Assembly: GCA_963514005.1 (NCBI GenBank) | Contig: OY740814.1 | Span: 6,014,001 to 6,078,000, forward strand | Origin: Raja brachyura | Lineage: Eukaryota | Reading direction: 5' to 3' | DNA length: 64,000 nt | In this document: piece by piece, positions 62,778 through 64,000 of the stretch | Layout: every line of letters starts with the position of its first letter | How positions within the stretch are numbered: the first letter of the stretch is position 1 | The notes under the pieces: model-generated | What the model saw: only the letters and a program-made list of their open reading frames with translations | The model's database searches: none | What the model was told of the DNA's origin: nothing | Translations under genes and position numbers: made by a program

Positions 62778-64000
62778 GTTCTTGCTGTGAAACAAACACA
62801 ACAAGAACCACCAACTTAAGGTAGCATACTTACCTGCGTGGTTCCCTTATGAAGGGCTGGCGAGGAGCTCGCTCCTCTGTCAGCCGTCGCAGCAACGCGA
62901 TACGACGATATGTCGAGCATGCGCGCCGGCGGGCTCTTCACGAAGTCACTCACGTGACTCCGAAATGAAATTCCACAGACTCACCACTCTCTGTGAGAAA
63001 AAGTGTTTCCTCATCTCCGTTCTAAATGGCTTACTCCTTATTCTTAAACTGTGGCCCCTGGTTCTGGACTTCCCCAACATCGGGAACATGTTTCCTGCCT
63101 CTCGTGTGTCCAAGCCCTTAACAATCTTATATGTTTCAATGAGATCCCCTCATCCTTCTAAATCCAGAGTGTACAAGCCCAGCTGCTCCATTCTCTGAGC
63201 ATATGACAGTCCCATCATCCTGGGAATTAACCTGGTGAACCTAAGCTGCACTCCTTCAATAGCAAGAATCGGTGGATCTACTTCTGTGACTAGCACGCTA
63301 ATAGTCGCTGGGGTTGGGCGCCATCTTATCCACCTATCATTGCCAGACCTTGTGGTGTCCCCACCTCTGTTGCAGCTTCCTCCCCCCTCCCACTACATTT
63401 AGTCTGAAGAATGCTCCCATCCCAAAACGTCGCCAATCCACGCCCTCCAGAGATGCTGCCTGACCCACTGAGTATCTCCAGCACTTTTTGAGTCTTTGTG
63501 TAAGAAGGAACTGCAGATGCTGGTTTAAACCGAAGATAAGACACAAAAAGCTGGTGCAACTCAGCGGGACCGGCAGCATCTCTGGAGAGAAGGAAAGGGT
63601 GACGTTTCGGGTCGAGTCCCTTCTCGAGTATTTTCTTGTCAACCAGCATCTGCAGTTCCCTATGCCTTCAATCCAGTTGAATTGACTTCGACGGGACAAG
63701 TTGTCCAACAACTTTAGGCTGTGCACGCCACACGAAAGAAGACTTAGAAGGACTGTTATAAACAAGTCGTCATAATGAAGTATTTCTTGTTCATCAATGA
63801 ACTTTTTAGGAATAGTAAGCATTAACAGCCGTCCATTGTATTTAGCTGCAAACTCCAGACCATTTTAATTTTAAACAGAGCTTAATGCGAAATAATTGCA
63901 TTGATGAGTCATGGAGTGAAATAATTTCGAGCAATGTGGGCCATCTGCTTGGCTTTGTTTTAGTCACATCATATCTTTGTAGTTATAGTCTTGCATGAAA

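Larger units (their letters stand above)
57661..62971 (-). mobile_element. Apparently intact DIRS1-type tyrosine-recombinase retrotransposon (~5.3 kb) inserted into a CR1 LINE
   Basis: Three uninterrupted ORFs (gag, RT-RH-MT, YR); short inverted terminal homology; internal complementary region (ICR) 57883-57995 matching both termini; AAT at both junctions. Confidence 0.96.
57457..63270 (-). mobile_element. CR1 3' fragment split by the DIRS insertion (57457-57660 plus 62972-63270)
   Basis: Removing the DIRS restores GGCAGAGAATTCCACAGACTCACCACTCTCTG, matching the other CR1 copies. Confidence 0.9.

Noticed and set aside
57661-62971. RT plus Dam methylase plus phage-type integrase read as a prophage, retron or bacterial contaminant
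   Set aside because: The ORF order, inverted termini, ICR and clean insertion into a vertebrate CR1 all match the known DIRS1 retrotransposon architecture.

Overview
Eukaryotic, repeat-rich vertebrate DNA. The repeat landscape (CR1/HER1-like LINEs, V-domain tRNA-SINEs, many short Penelope-type pieces) suggests a cartilaginous fish such as a skate or ray; this is an inference. Two spliced host genes lie head-to-head around a CpG island at about 41.85-42.25 kb. FAM227B is on the minus strand, with 8 coding exons traced from 33482 to 7964, and continues off the left edge. DTWD1 is on the plus strand, with 4 coding exons from 43312 to 47171 (328 aa). The main accessory content is three DIRS1-type tyrosine-recombinase retrotransposons: an internally deleted copy (10500-13616), a decayed copy (36158-40750) and an apparently intact copy (57661-62971) encoding gag, RT-RNaseH-methyltransferase and YR. 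All three are integrated at an ATT core inside an AATT target. The highlights are: (1) a U_UUU_UUA slippery site plus hairpin at the DIRS gag/pol overlap, together with splice signals that could express the recombinase; (2) a ~120-nt TSD-flanked retroelement whose 5' half folds as a complete minimal HDV-like ribozyme (23034-23087); (3) many short Penelope-derived inserts carrying hammerhead-like cores; (4) a three-level nested insertion in the probable first intron of FAM227B. All calls were made by eye, without database searches.
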